Assembly: GCA_004431415.1 (NCBI GenBank)
Contig: QPMI01000106.1
Location: 124,001-188,000 of the forward strand
DNA length: 64,000 bases
From: Cyanophora paradoxa CCMP329
Taxonomy: Eukaryota > Plantae > Glaucophyta
Direction of reading: 5' to 3'
Shown: in pieces, positions 26,801 through 38,199 of the stretch
How positions within the stretch are numbered: the first letter of the stretch is position 1
How the letters are laid out: each line of letters opens with the position of its first letter
The notes under the pieces: generated by a model
The model's database searches: none
What the model was told of the DNA's origin: nothing
The model's input: the letters and a program-made list of their open reading frames with translations, nothing else
Made by a program: the position numbers and the translations under genes

Positions 26801-29080
26801 CCGGCGCCAGATTGTAGGCATCGATGTAGGTGTATATATCCAACTCGAAGGCAGTACTCATCAGAGATCGGTCGCTGAGACGGCAGAGCCGCAGTCTTGG
26901 AATCACACGGGTCTTTGTGTCGTATAAACCCAGGTAAGAACCAAAGTATGCCACTCCTCTGCCGAAAGCGAGCGTATACGTATACCGCGAGTGTACCAAA
27001 AGTGTTATGAATTCGAAATCGTAGCTTATATTTACCGCTGCCAGAAAGTAAAATGCCTTAAATCCATGAGGTATGCCGTTCCCGAGTTCAGCAGGCCCGA
27101 AAAGGAACTCAGCGGTTCGGATTCGTCGGCCCCTGATGTCGGAGGAAGTCGTCACGAGTTGTTAAGTAGCTATAGTTATGTATATGCGCAGGCAGGCGCT
27201 TTGCACGGCAGACACACATATCGGGCAGTTCAATGTGGAGCTCGTGTTGAATGGTACGCCAAGTCGACGCTTCAGATCTGCGTCCACCGCTTCTATCTCA
27301 GGAAATGATAGGCCTGACGTCTCGGCTCTTCGCCTCACAGCTCCGAACACGTTCGCCTGCAAAACGACGGTGATGCATATGAGGAACAATATATATAAAC
27401 AAATTAATTACAAAAAAGACAGCAAATTCGGACATGGAACAAAAACGCTCGCGATTCAGTGGGACGGGTGTCGATTGCGAATAGATGGTCAATTATCCAT
27501 CGCCATTTCAACCTGCGTGGCCATGGAAACGTGTCATTTGCATGCGTGCAAGCTAGTTCAAGCTTTGATGAACAATATTTAATCACCTTGAGAAGTCTGC
27601 TTTCGAATTGCTGAAGCCAACTGTCTCGAGCTCTTTCCAGTCATCCCTCTTTACGGCAAGCCAATGGCCGACTCGAGACGTTTGCAGATACGTGTTTAGA
27701 GCGAACATAGGCTCCGTCCACCTACCGATCCTTATGGTTAGAGAATATCCGATGCTCCTCGGTGCGAGTACATTGAAATTGGAATTAGTGCACACCTGGC
27801 ATCTGTCTTATTGTTCGACACGAACTGGTACGGATCTTGCGAACAAGTAGTACAACCAGAGCCACACATGTCAGCACATTTGCAATCTGAGAACGCACTC
27901 GAATTAGAATACGCGGACAGTATTCTTTGCCAAGTTGAATCCAATGAAATGCCACTGCTCACTGAAAGCGAGGTGTGGCCACATCAGTGCGTTCCAGTGT
28001 CTGCAGTCGACTGGAGGGTCGAGAGCACTTGAATCGAAAAGCGGCACAAACGAGCAGAGGTTTTCGCATCCGGATCCATCGATATCGAACGAGTCAGCAG
28101 CATACAGCTTGAATCCAGGTACCGAGCCCGCGGTGCCTGTTCCTCCCGAGTACGTATACGCCCCGGCTCCAGCGAACCCTTGGAGATGAATGGACACCGC
28201 TTGAGGGGCCCCGGTGGCGTCCTTTAGGGCCCAGTTGGTGGCCATGGATGTAGAGCGGCTTTCGAAGTCCTCGTACGCGTAGGCGTTTCGATCATCGAAG
28301 TCCTGCAGCAGGCCACGGGGCAATTATATATAATTAGACTGGCCTCATTGCTCTTGATCAGCGCAACACATGATTCACCCGGCCAGGGAACGGCGTGAAC
28401 GAAGTGAACGAGAAGTCGGTCGGCGAAAACGTTCCGTCGCGAATCTGCGCATGAACGCGATGAGACATGTTCAGGCGCACTTTGTCGCGCATATATATAT
28501 TGATGCGGGACGTACTCCATCGAGGTCCGAGAGAACGACCGTATTAAGGCACATGCCCGTGTCGAGCTCCCACTCGCACAGGGCCAACTTGCCCGATCCG
28601 GAGCGGCCAAGGACCGCGAGGCGGGGCGACATGCCGACGATGCTCTCCGACCCCAGCAGCGAGAGCGGGGCCACGAACACGATCTCCCGGAACGCTTCTT
28701 GCAGCTCGACGCTGGCGGATCGGGCGCCATTGGAATTGGCAGCCGCTGCGCGCGCACTCGTGACCATAAGCTTCATGTACACGTCCACATGTACATGTAC
28801 ATGCATATGCCGCAGTGCATGCATATGCATATATATGCATGGCGCCCGCAATTGCAAGTGCGTGTACACATGCATATGCATATGCATGGATATGCATCGC
28901 GCGCGCGCGTGCGCGTCAACGTACTTGACGAATCCAGCTGGCAGGCTGACGAGTCCCAAGTAGAATAGTAGAAGCTGCACGAGTGCCGATACCTATCGGT
29001 CTGCGCCGCGGCCGCCGCTGCAGCTGGCAGCTGATAGAGGATGGCGACCAGGCTGATCGTAACGCCGAAACATACGTACA
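17854..29080 (-). CDS. Very large multi-exon Cys-rich repeat (GCC2/GCC3, ephrin-receptor-like) membrane protein with three predicted TM helices
   Basis: Many exons with C..C..G(T/Y/F)....C..C repeats across 20.4-25.0 kb (e.g. CEPCRAGFYAKDGTCVECPMNT, CAVCPFGSYSSGGGAAACTPCRTGT). TM-like segments at about 20200-20265 (VFMWIGVAAGIAVLLVGTCFVVYL), 19900-19960 (GSFFTVVAIAGAIVA) and 18470-18535 (GAIQVVGLFIAAYLTF). 5' boundary is uncertain. Confidence 0.75.
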
Positions 29081-29205
29081 CACACGCATGCATATGCGCG
29101 CGTGTATGCATCCTGTTGGATATACACCTATAACTACTGGAATACCCAGAGTTGCAGCTGCAGAGCTTCTGATCAGCGGCTGCCTGCACATGCATGCATA
29201 TGCGC
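28760..29205. repeat. Low-complexity alternating purine/pyrimidine tracts (TGCA/TACA/TATA mix), probably intronic
   Basis: e.g. catgtacatgtacatgcatatgc, tgcatatgcatatgcatgg, cacacgcatgcatatgcgcgcgtgtatgca. Confidence 0.7.
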
Positions 29206-29858
29206 AGCTACCGGCGCGGGTCGAGGGCGTCCGAATCTTGAAGGCACGGCAGGCTCCGGAGTCCGGACCTGGCCTCGACTAGCTCCGGTCCGCAGCCTGG
29301 CAGCCTTCAAGTTGGCCGCAGGCCCCGGGTCCGCAGCCACAGGCCAGGCCTAGGCTGGAGGGGCTTTGCGCGATTGCTGCAATTGCGCAACCGTTAAACT
29401 TGCAACTGCCGCGCGCACTGCAGCTGTGGCAGTGTCTGCAAGGCTGCAACCGCAATTGCCTGCGGTCGCAGGGGCCCGGGGCCCGGCCCGCCCGGGTGGC
29501 CTTTGCCGCAGCTGCCGCAGTGCAGTCACTGCAGTGGCGGACTCCCGGAGTCCGGAATCCACTGATTGTCAGTGATTGATCATGACTCATGAGTCATGAC
29601 TCATGAGTCCGATGGTCCACGTCCAGCCTGCAGCTGGTCCGACGGTCCAGGGCCCCAGGCCCCCAGCCGCTGAGCCTCCCGGCCCCCACGGGCCAGGCCC
29701 CCTCCAGGCTCCAGGCTCCACCGTGCCAGCCTCCAGGCCCTGAGGGTGGCAGGCTGGCAGCACTGGGCCGTGCCAGTGGCAGGGCCGCACAGTGCCGGCG
29801 CCCGCACTCAGTGACTACCGTAGTACTACACTGTACAGTACGGTCCGTACTACGTATA

Positions 29859-30169
29859 CTGTAAACGTAGAAATTTTCGTCGAGACTTAATTTCGACGAA
29901 ACCAAATCGTGACGAAAATATGGTTCGATACCGGTAGCATCATATATTCGTCAGCCCCAGGACTTCGCCATGGCCATACTAGCTATAGGCGGCCATAGAC
30001 GGGTCAGCCGTTAGTACCCCTCTCCATACAAATTTTCAGTTCAAGAGTTTCATAGATTCAAAGTACGAAATATTCGTCAAAGAAGTTGAAAGAACTGGTG
30101 CGCGGCGGGTCTGACGAATTTTGACGAAATAAAGAAGCTGTCATGTCGAAGCTTAAGATTCCTACGTTT
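29859..30169. mobile_element. MITE family A, copy 1 (right TIR degenerate)
   Basis: TA|CTGTAAACGTAGAAATTTTCG...GATTCCTACGTTT; reverse-complement homolog of 41960-42198. Confidence 0.8.
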
Positions 30170-30178
30170 TGACCACTA

Positions 30179-30447
30179 CCGTATAACACAATATTAATGC
30201 GCTCAATATTAATGCGTTTTTGGACCCAGACCCCTAGCTATAGTACGGCTAATAATGCGCCCCCAAATTAATGCGTTTTTACGCTTCGTCGGCTGCATTA
30301 GGGGGGTACTGAGGTCTACTGACACCAGTTTCTTATATTAGCAATCTGTTATTAATGCGCCCCCAAATTAATGCGTTTTGACGGCAGAAAACGCATTAAA
30401 TTGGGGGCGCATTAATATTATGCGCGCACTAATATTCTGTTATACGG
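30179..30447. mobile_element. MITE family B (TA target duplication, Tc1/mariner/pogo-like)
   Basis: TA|CCGTATAACACAATATTA...TAATATTCTGTTATACGG|TA, with internal repeats of taatgcgcccccaaattaatgcgtttt. Confidence 0.85.
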
Positions 30448-30852
30448 TAGTACTACGGTACTAGTAGTAGTAGGCTAGTAGTAGCCTAGGCGCCGCCGCG
30501 CCGGCCGCGCCCATGCAGCGCCGGGCTGAGCCGGCGACCCGGGACGGGTACGCTGTACTGTCTGTACATGGCCGATTCGCAGAGTCCCATCGGCCGATTG
30601 AAGCTTGAAGACTGTTGAAGTTTAATTGAAGCCGATTGATCACATGATCATACCACCAATCAAATTCTCGATTCATGATTTTACCGCGCGGGTCCGCGCG
30701 CGGCTCGGAGGAATTATAAATTAATATATTAATCCGCCAGATCGATTTAGTCAGAAGACTAAAAAGAGTCACGTATACAAGATGAATCAATCAATCATGA
30801 AAAACAGAAAATGCTTATTACTAAAAGTTAATATGTTAATTTCTCCCAGGCA

Positions 30853-30935
30853 TTTTTTGTTTTTGGTGAATTACCGGCCACAGTCTCTAGACACCAGCAC
30901 TGCGGGGGCTGCCCAGGGGGCATAAAGACAAAAAC
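30853..30935 (-). mobile_element. 5'-truncated non-LTR/SINE-like family 2 insertion
   Basis: Poly(T) on the plus strand; 14 bp TSD atttctcccaggca at 30839-30852 and 30936-30949; homologous to 43234-43315. Confidence 0.85.
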
Positions 30936-32044
30936 ATTTCTCCCAGGCAGTCCCATGACTCCCATCCGATGATCATCAGAGTCGTGATGATCAGACTCCC
31001 ATGCAGGTGTTGCAGTAGGCATATACCTTCCCAAGTCCCTGTAGCCCTGTACCCATATAGTCAGTCCACCTGTACCCCTAATACACCACCTTGCCAGCTA
31101 TCCAGCCTGGCAATACCCTCGCCGAGACTGTGCGTGAGCTCCGTGCTTGGCTTGCACACCAGTTGTGCCTGCTGGGCCGAGCCCGCACGAGTCCGGAGGT
31201 CTACGCGGTGATGCAACCGTGCGCGGCTCATCCAACCAGCTGGAGACTTCGAGGGGACCACAAGCATCAGCTCGCGACTCTGGAAGCGGCCCCGCACGCG
31301 GCCGTTTCGGTGGACGAAGGGCAACTTGGCTCTCGGGACCATCATCAGCCCGGCAAAAATTTTCGAGGCCAGCGAGCGAGCAATCAGCTCTCTAGCTATA
31401 GGGGACACTGCCCGGGCAGTGGGAGCCCGCGGGTCGCGCACCGCATCGCGGCCGCGATCTTCGTAAGCTCCAGGCAGCTACGTTTGGAAGAGGCTTGCGG
31501 GGGCGTTTCGGCCACCCCGTAGGTCCGCCTTTCGTCGTAGTAAAGAGACGTCGTCAGGGGTCGTTTCGGCTGCCCCGCGCGCACGCTCTCGAGCCTTCCG
31601 GCGGCCCAGCTTCCAGCCGGCGGTCGCCAGCCCAGCTCGACACCAGGCGTGCGCGCGCGTGTGGGACGACGCCCACGGGCCGTACGCAGTGCTCGGAGGA
31701 CTGGGGCGAGTGCGGAGCTCGACGGGCGGAGTGACGGCGGCGACTCTCGGAGGCGCGCTCACGACCTCGGCCAAGACCGCCACGACGCCCGCCTCAGCGC
31801 CGCGCATTCCACGGCCTTTCGAAGGGGGAGACTCTGCCAAAATTTTCGGCTCAGCTCGTCGCCAGCTCGCCAGCGATCAGCCAGCAGCCGCCCCGTACCA
31901 GCCCGCGGACAGCTGGCAGCGCCCGGCGGCCGCGAGCCCCGGCCTCATCCCCTCTCATCCCTTCTTTCTTTCCTTCATCTACTACCTCTCTACGATGTCG
32001 CGACACGGGCGGCCACCCCCGGTGACGACCGTCGGACGGCGGGC

Positions 32045-33719
32045 ATGTCTTCCATCGCGGCCATCACCCATCGACAGGCAGCTGAGCAGCAGACCTACAA
32101 CCAGCGGCTCCAGTACACGGAGGCACCCGTGCAGATGTCGGTCGGCAAGGGAACTATCGTCTGGTCGTGCGGCACGCCTCTGACGACGTCAAATGTCAAG
32201 CGGACGGTCAAGGAGTTCACGCGCGCCGCCCACACCAAGCCTTTCTTCCCCGGCGTCCCCTCGACTGCGGAGGAGCGGCGCCAGGCCAACTACACCCTCA
32301 TGGAGTTCTCTCAGCTGCTCGCGGAGAGAGATCGGGCGGACTTCGCGCAACACCTGTACCGGCAGGAGCAGCATGATGCGGCGACGGCGCCACTCGTGGA
32401 GGCCGTCAACGTGCAGGACCTGGTGCTGGCAGGCATCCCGCAGGCGGACATGCTACGGCGGACGCAGGAGCAGAACCGACTCGACGAACTGCGGCGGACG
32501 CTGGCGGCGGCGCAGCAGCGAGCACCCCAGCCTCCGCTACGTCACGTCGGAGACCTCACTCGTTGGCTCCACGCTCGCATCGACCCCGTCGACAAGGCCC
32601 GCATCACCAAGTACACGCGCGAGATGCACATGGGCATGCGCCCCGACCAACACTTCGAGCTGACGGTGGAGGCCATCGAGCTCAGTGGCAAGACCCCGAC
32701 CCCGGCAGTCGTCATGGCGTCGCTGGAGGAGGATCCTCCTCCGCCAGCAGCAGCACGCCGACGCCTGGGAGATGTTCGGCGCCGAGGCCCACCACCGGCG
32801 GAAGAACTTCGCGACGCTGGTCGACAAGGCCATGCCGCAGCTTCGGGATCTCTGCCGGCAGCTCGAAGCCGACATACCGGGCAACCTCGAGCTTCAAACC
32901 TCCTCCTTCCTTGCGAGCGCCCCGGTGATCTTCCAGCAGCCTCAGATCCTCAGCAGCAGCTGGGACGTCAACCTGGAGGAGGATGCAGCGCCGTCGGCAC
33001 CTGCAAAGGGCGTCCGCTTGACGTACGTCGAGGAGACGGCCGCGGGTGGCAGCACCGGCGATACGTCCGAGGCAACACCGCCAAAGCGACCCCGCCAGGA
33101 GCTGGCAGCAGTGCTCGGCGCAGCAGATATTAGCACCCAGCCTACGGCTGCCCCGACGCTCAACTTCATCGCGCAGATTGTGCAGGCCACGGTCACATGC
33201 CTCCACAACAGGCTCGTGCAGGACGCAGCAGCGTACGCCACCTCCATGCAGCCGCAGGGTGCCCCCGTCAACACCTCCGGGCCAATGAACGCCGCCGGCG
33301 CCGTTGACCTGTACTCCGACACCGAGAGCGACATCTACCAGCCCAACAGTGCCACCGCCCAGCAGAGCTCAAGCTCGAGTCTCCCGCTGGCCCTCTACCC
33401 CCCGCCCCCTCAGTCTCTTCCATACCCGCTGCCAGTCGGCCCCCCTCAGCCCCCGTTCGAATTCGCGCTGCCGTCGCCGTACACCTCGATGCCGGCCGGC
33501 CTCCCCCAGCCCCCAGCGCCACCGGCTGCAGCTGCAGCATGGCCGGCCCCGCCCCTCTGCTGGCGCTGTCAGGCCCTCTTCCAGCTGCAGTGGCCTTACA
33601 TGCATCGCGAGGATGACTACACTCAGTGTGCGGCGGCCTGCGCCTTGGCGGGCCTCCCGTTGCCTCTTGGAGCGCCGGCGCTCCCGCCCAACTGGCGGGC
33701 GCGGCTCGGCCTCTTCTGA
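32045..33719 (+). CDS. Intronless gag-like protein with a C-terminal CCHC-like knuckle; one frameshift near 32730
   Basis: MSSIAAITHRQ...MASLEE continues in a shifted frame as RILLRQQQHADAWEMF... through a Pro-rich linker to CWRC-x11-H-x7-C. It has no introns, unlike the host genes. Gag identity is inferred from architecture only. Confidence 0.55.
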
Positions 33720-35811
33720 GCATGTCCTTCGGCCCAGTGGCCTCGGGGGCGCCGGCCGGGAGGCGGCGCCCATGCCCCCCAGGGGCTCCCTTTCCCTACC
33801 CATCCCCAATTTCTCTCCCCTCACCTGCCTCCTACCCCCTACCCTTCCTCACTCTCCCTACCCGTACCCTGGCGCGGGGCTCACCTGAGCGCCCCAATCC
33901 GACTGCCCTGATCACGTACCCCCCTCCGCTTGACTGCCTGCTACCCCTTTTTCTCGCTTTCCCTACCCCGGCTCCCACCCACTCCCCGCGTACCCCTCTG
34001 GATCCCCCCCCCCCCTGCTGCCGGTGGCCGTGGCCCACCCCGTACCCCAACGACGGGCTCATCTGAGCACCCTGATCCCCTTCCCCGCGTACCCCCCTCT
34101 GGATCCTCTCCCGGGGACCGCCCCTCGCCACTCCTCTACCCCCCCACCCACCCCCCCCGCCGGCGCCCCCTCGGTGGCGGCAGCGGCGGACTGCCACGGC
34201 CGACTGCGACGCTGCGCATGCGGCTGGGAGAGGGAGAGGACACGTCAACAAGATCCCAATCGCTGGGAAGCATATTTACTGGCTCCCCACGTTGCCCTAT
34301 TCTCGGCTGACCGGTTTTTGTCGGCGAGATGTCGACGTCGATGATCACCCCCGTTGATGCTGGCGGCACGACGCCCGGGCGGTGGCCCCCGATCGCAAGC
34401 CCGACGAGCCTCTGGGGGGCCGGCGGCAGACGCGCCCGAGGCTGGCTCCGGATCCGCCCCCCGAGGCATGCGGCAGCACTCCGTCGAGATGATTTCGAAT
34501 GAGGTGAGCCACGGCAGGCCCACCCGGCTCGTGCGCTTAAGAACGGCCACCGTGGCCATGCAAGCCATAGCGGCACCAAAAGCCATCGCGGCACGCAAGC
34601 CATGGCGGCAAAGTCACAGCGACTTGAGAGCCATAGCGGCTGAAAGCCATCGCGGCTTAAATTTTCCTGGCGAGGCCACCCGCCCCAGACGACCTTTCCG
34701 GCGAGGCATAGCGCCCCGGTGGATCCCAGGGTTGTTTTCGCAACGCAACGCTCGCGGGGGCAGTTTTCGCGCGCGACGCCTTGCCATGCCGCCCCGCCAC
34801 GCTAGCGCTGCGCCGCCACGCTGCGCCGCCGCGCTGCGCCGTCCCGCTGCGCCGCCCCACCCGCTGGCCCGCTCCGCTCTGCGCTGGTTCTACCCTCATT
34901 TTACAAGAACTCTTCCCCCCTTTTCGAGTTTCTTAAAAACGCTAATTAATTATATTATAAGCTCCTAGGGCCCAGCCCACCTCTTTTTCACATGCCATCC
35001 CGTGACAGCTTTTCTCAGCTGCTGTTTCACGGTTTGCCTCGTCACGGGCGGCATGTGAGAGGGGTGCTGGCTGGCCTCGGGGTACTGGCTGGCCTTGGGG
35101 CCTGGCCGGTCGCCCTCCATCTGGGCTTGCTGCCCCCCCCCCCCCCCCCCCCACCTCATCTTCCCCACGGCCCCAGCTCCCCCGGCGGCGATGCCGGCCC
35201 TCCCCCGGACCTCCTCCCCCTCGGTGGCGGCAACATGTACACCGCCGACGTTCCATTGTCTCGCTTGCGACGGCACGGCGGGGTTTTTGCCCGGTTTTTT
35301 CCCCTGACCGTTACCGACCCTCGAGGGCATTCATCTGGCCCCGGGCGGCTTCTTCTTGCTCGCCCTCGATGGCAGTCCGTACGCTTCTTCTCGGACCTCT
35401 TTTTGGCTTCCGGCTTTACTTTCGATCTAGTGTGCGAGGACGCGCACTCGTGAAATAGTAACATGTTGCAGCTCGCAGCTAGATATATATGGCCACGCGT
35501 CCTTTGTATTCTCCAGCTCCTATACTTATAGTCAGACCCCTTCTCGATCCATAGCACGTCGGATGCTCGTACGCCCACATTTATATATGTACTCCCGCAT
35601 TCATGTTGTACGCCCGCATACACGTTGGACCCATAGGATTGATATATTACACGTTGGATCTTGCCTGTAGTAGTCTAGTTGGTATCATATCTTTCGAGTT
35701 TCGTTTTCGAGGCCGCCCGGTCGGTGAGCGCGTAGGCTAAATAGGCGCTCTGGCTTGAGGTTGGGACCTCAGTTCTTCTTCATCGTACACCGCTCTTAGC
35801 TTAGCACACCG

Positions 35812-35936
35812 CGAGCCTCTCGTCTCGTGAAATAGTAACATCCCCTCGGCCAGCCACGAGCCTCCCGTCTCGTGAAATAGTAACATCCCCTCGGCCAGCC
35901 ACGAGCCTCCCGTCTCGTGAAATAGTAACATCCCCT
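35812..35936. repeat. 45 bp tandem repeat, about 2.8 copies
   Basis: Unit cgagcctcccgtctcgtgaaatagtaacatcccctcggccagcca; contains the same CTCGTGAAATAGTAACAT core as repeat B. Confidence 0.9.
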
Positions 35937-36171
35937 GTACGCCCTTTGACTTCTCTCAGAGTTTCTCAGTCTCTTTCGCAATTCCTCAGCTTTTTGATTC
36001 CTTTAATTTCATATATTTATCCTAGTTCAGTGCGCGAGGACGCGCACTCGTGAAATAGTAACATATTGCAGTAGGCATATACCTTCCAAGTCCCTGTAGC
36101 CCTGTACCCCTGTACCTCAGTCCACCTGTACCCCTAATACACCACCTTGCCAGCTATCTAGCCTGGCAATA

Positions 36172-36861
36172 CGAGGCCGCAGCTGGCCACGGCAGGGTGT
36201 GGTTCGGACTGCGCTCCGGCAAGCGAGAGATGTCGACGCTCTGGAGGTAGTGCTTCGAATTCGCGGCCAGCGATCCGATCGCAATCTGGGTCGCCGGCGG
36301 CGGCGCCTCCTTCGCACTTGAGCTCGCGTTATTCAGCCGCGGCGGCTCGCGATCGCTGGCGCTTGCGCGCGCGTACGCCGGCCTCCCGCTTTGCTCCCGA
36401 GGAGTCGTCCCGCGTATACGCGCTGCAGCTGCAGCTGGCTTGATGGTATGTTCTTCGCCCCAGGAATTGCGATCGCCGTCTTCGTCCCCATAGGCATCGG
36501 GCCGCCGGTCATTTGCCGCATGCGCAGTCGATGCATGCAGTCGACCGCTGGTTCGAGTTATAAGCCCGATTTTAAATGAAAAGAAGCTTTTTCAAATTTA
36601 GGGCTTACGTTGAGCACGAGGCGGTGGAACGTCGACGTCAGATAGGCCGCGATGAAAAGCCCGACGACCTGAATGGCGCCCTGTGCATGATCATAAAGTC
36701 CATATCAGATGTCGACCAAGCGAACATGTGCATAGCAGAGAAAGCAAGTCTGCAAAATTAACGCGCATGCGCACCTGAGCAAGAGAAATGGCGTCCGCGA
36801 TTGCGTCGAGTACCGTTGTGCGCGTGATGCGATCCACCAGCAAATACACCTGCGCATTTTC
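36172..36861 (-). pseudogene. Genomic duplicate of the 3' exons and introns of the Cys-rich membrane protein gene (source 18013-18699)
   Basis: Near-identical from cgaggccgcagctggccacggcaggg to cacctgcgcattttc, introns included. Confidence 0.9.
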
Positions 36862-38199
36862 CCCGGAGCTTGCGCCGTCGGGCTCCGGCGCGGTACCCTC
36901 CGCTGCGGCGGGACGGGCGAGGTCGGACCGGCGGCGCGGCTAGCTAGCGCACCGGAAACCAAAGCTAGCGCACCGGGAAGGGAGGAAGAGCTAGCCTGCG
37001 ACGCGCCGTTCGCCGCCTGTAAGGAAGAAGAGGCGCCGCTCCCTTGTGCTGCGTACGCGGCGGGAGTCACAATTTGATGGTGACTTGGAAGCACGGCGGG
37101 AACGAACGGGGGTCTTCGGTAGCTAAAGACGCATCCATGCGTTCATTTGGAGGCTCGTCTGATGGAGCGTTAACATTGCAGGTGTGTGGCGGGAAGGTGA
37201 GAGTCTTTGAGCTATGGGATAGCCAGGGCGGCCTACTACTAGGCTAGACACGCACTAGTACAATGTAGCGGATCGTCAGATGGGATCGCACCGTCTATTG
37301 AAGCAGCCGCTCCTGCGCCTTCGCTGGTCCCAGGTGCGGATGCATCTCCTGCTGGCGGCGCGCGGCGCGCTTCCATCAAGCGCGTCCCTATTTGAGCATT
37401 TTGAGCACGAAAGCTCACCACTAGTCGGTGCGACATCAGTCGAAGGTGCCGCCAAGTCAGGCGAAGACGATGACTTCGAATTCCGGTATGCGCACTTCGC
37501 CTTGCCTAGCTTGCGCTTTTGCCATAGATATCGCTGCCTAGCGTTCGTTGGAGGTGTTTCGCTGTCGCTCATCGACCTACGGGCTCCGCCGGCCCAGTGC
37601 GCTCCCTTCGCGTTCGAACTCGTAGGCCGTACCCTGGGGCAAGCCGACCTAGCCAGCTCCAAGCCAACTCCAAGTCGCCGGTTTCAAGTTGCCGGCAACT
37701 TGAAGATTTGGTTGAGATCCTCAAAAGATCCTAGGGCCCCGTCTGAAATAATAATATTGGCCATCGGTCGGACCCCTGGTTTTCCCGCGGGCTGTGCGGC
37801 ACGGCCCGGCGCGGCAGGCGGCGGCAGCGGCGGCAGGTCTTGTCCTTATAATTCAATGATTATGTACGTATACTAGTGGCCCGGCCGCGTTTTGGCGCGC
37901 CGGGGGTGCAAGGGGGGAATCGGGATGTAATGAAAGAGTAGTAGTGGCACGAACATGCACGGGGCAGATGTAGATCGACCCCGGCCCAGCGCGCGCGGCA
38001 GGTTGAAGTAGTAAAGATAGACACAGATTATATATGATTGAAAAGAGTAGAAAAGGGCTGATATGCAGACGCTAGCGCTGCGATCTAACCGAATAAAGAA
38101 AAGCCTGAATGAAAGGCCAGATTCAGCGCACTGTATATGAAAGACTGGTCTGGAGCGGAAAAACGCTGCGCATCATTTGTGTTCGCGCGGCCTACCCCT

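Larger units (their letters stand above)
31008..36171 (+). mobile_element. 5.2 kb element bounded by 108 bp direct repeats, encoding only a gag-like ORF
   Basis: Repeat A at 31008-31115 and 36064-36171 (T(G/A)TTGCAGTAGGC...CTGGCAATA). Repeat B at 35429-35463 and 36029-36063. Intronless internal ORF; no RT, integrase or recombinase motif recognised. Confidence 0.7.

Noticed and set aside
28471-29195. His/Met/Cys-rich ORFs suggesting metal-binding proteins
   Set aside because: They are translations of alternating purine/pyrimidine low-complexity DNA.
30108-30135. CTGACGA...GAAA resembling a hammerhead ribozyme core
   Set aside because: No stem II can form between the motifs; these are internal GACGAA repeats of MITE A.
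33720-35430. pol or tyrosine recombinase ORF in the gag element
   Set aside because: No YxDD, RNase H, DDE or R-H-R-Y motifs were recognised in any listed frame.
35812-35936. Regularly spaced repeats resembling a CRISPR array
   Set aside because: Units are contiguous near-identical 45-mers with no unique spacers, no cas genes are present and the context is eukaryotic.
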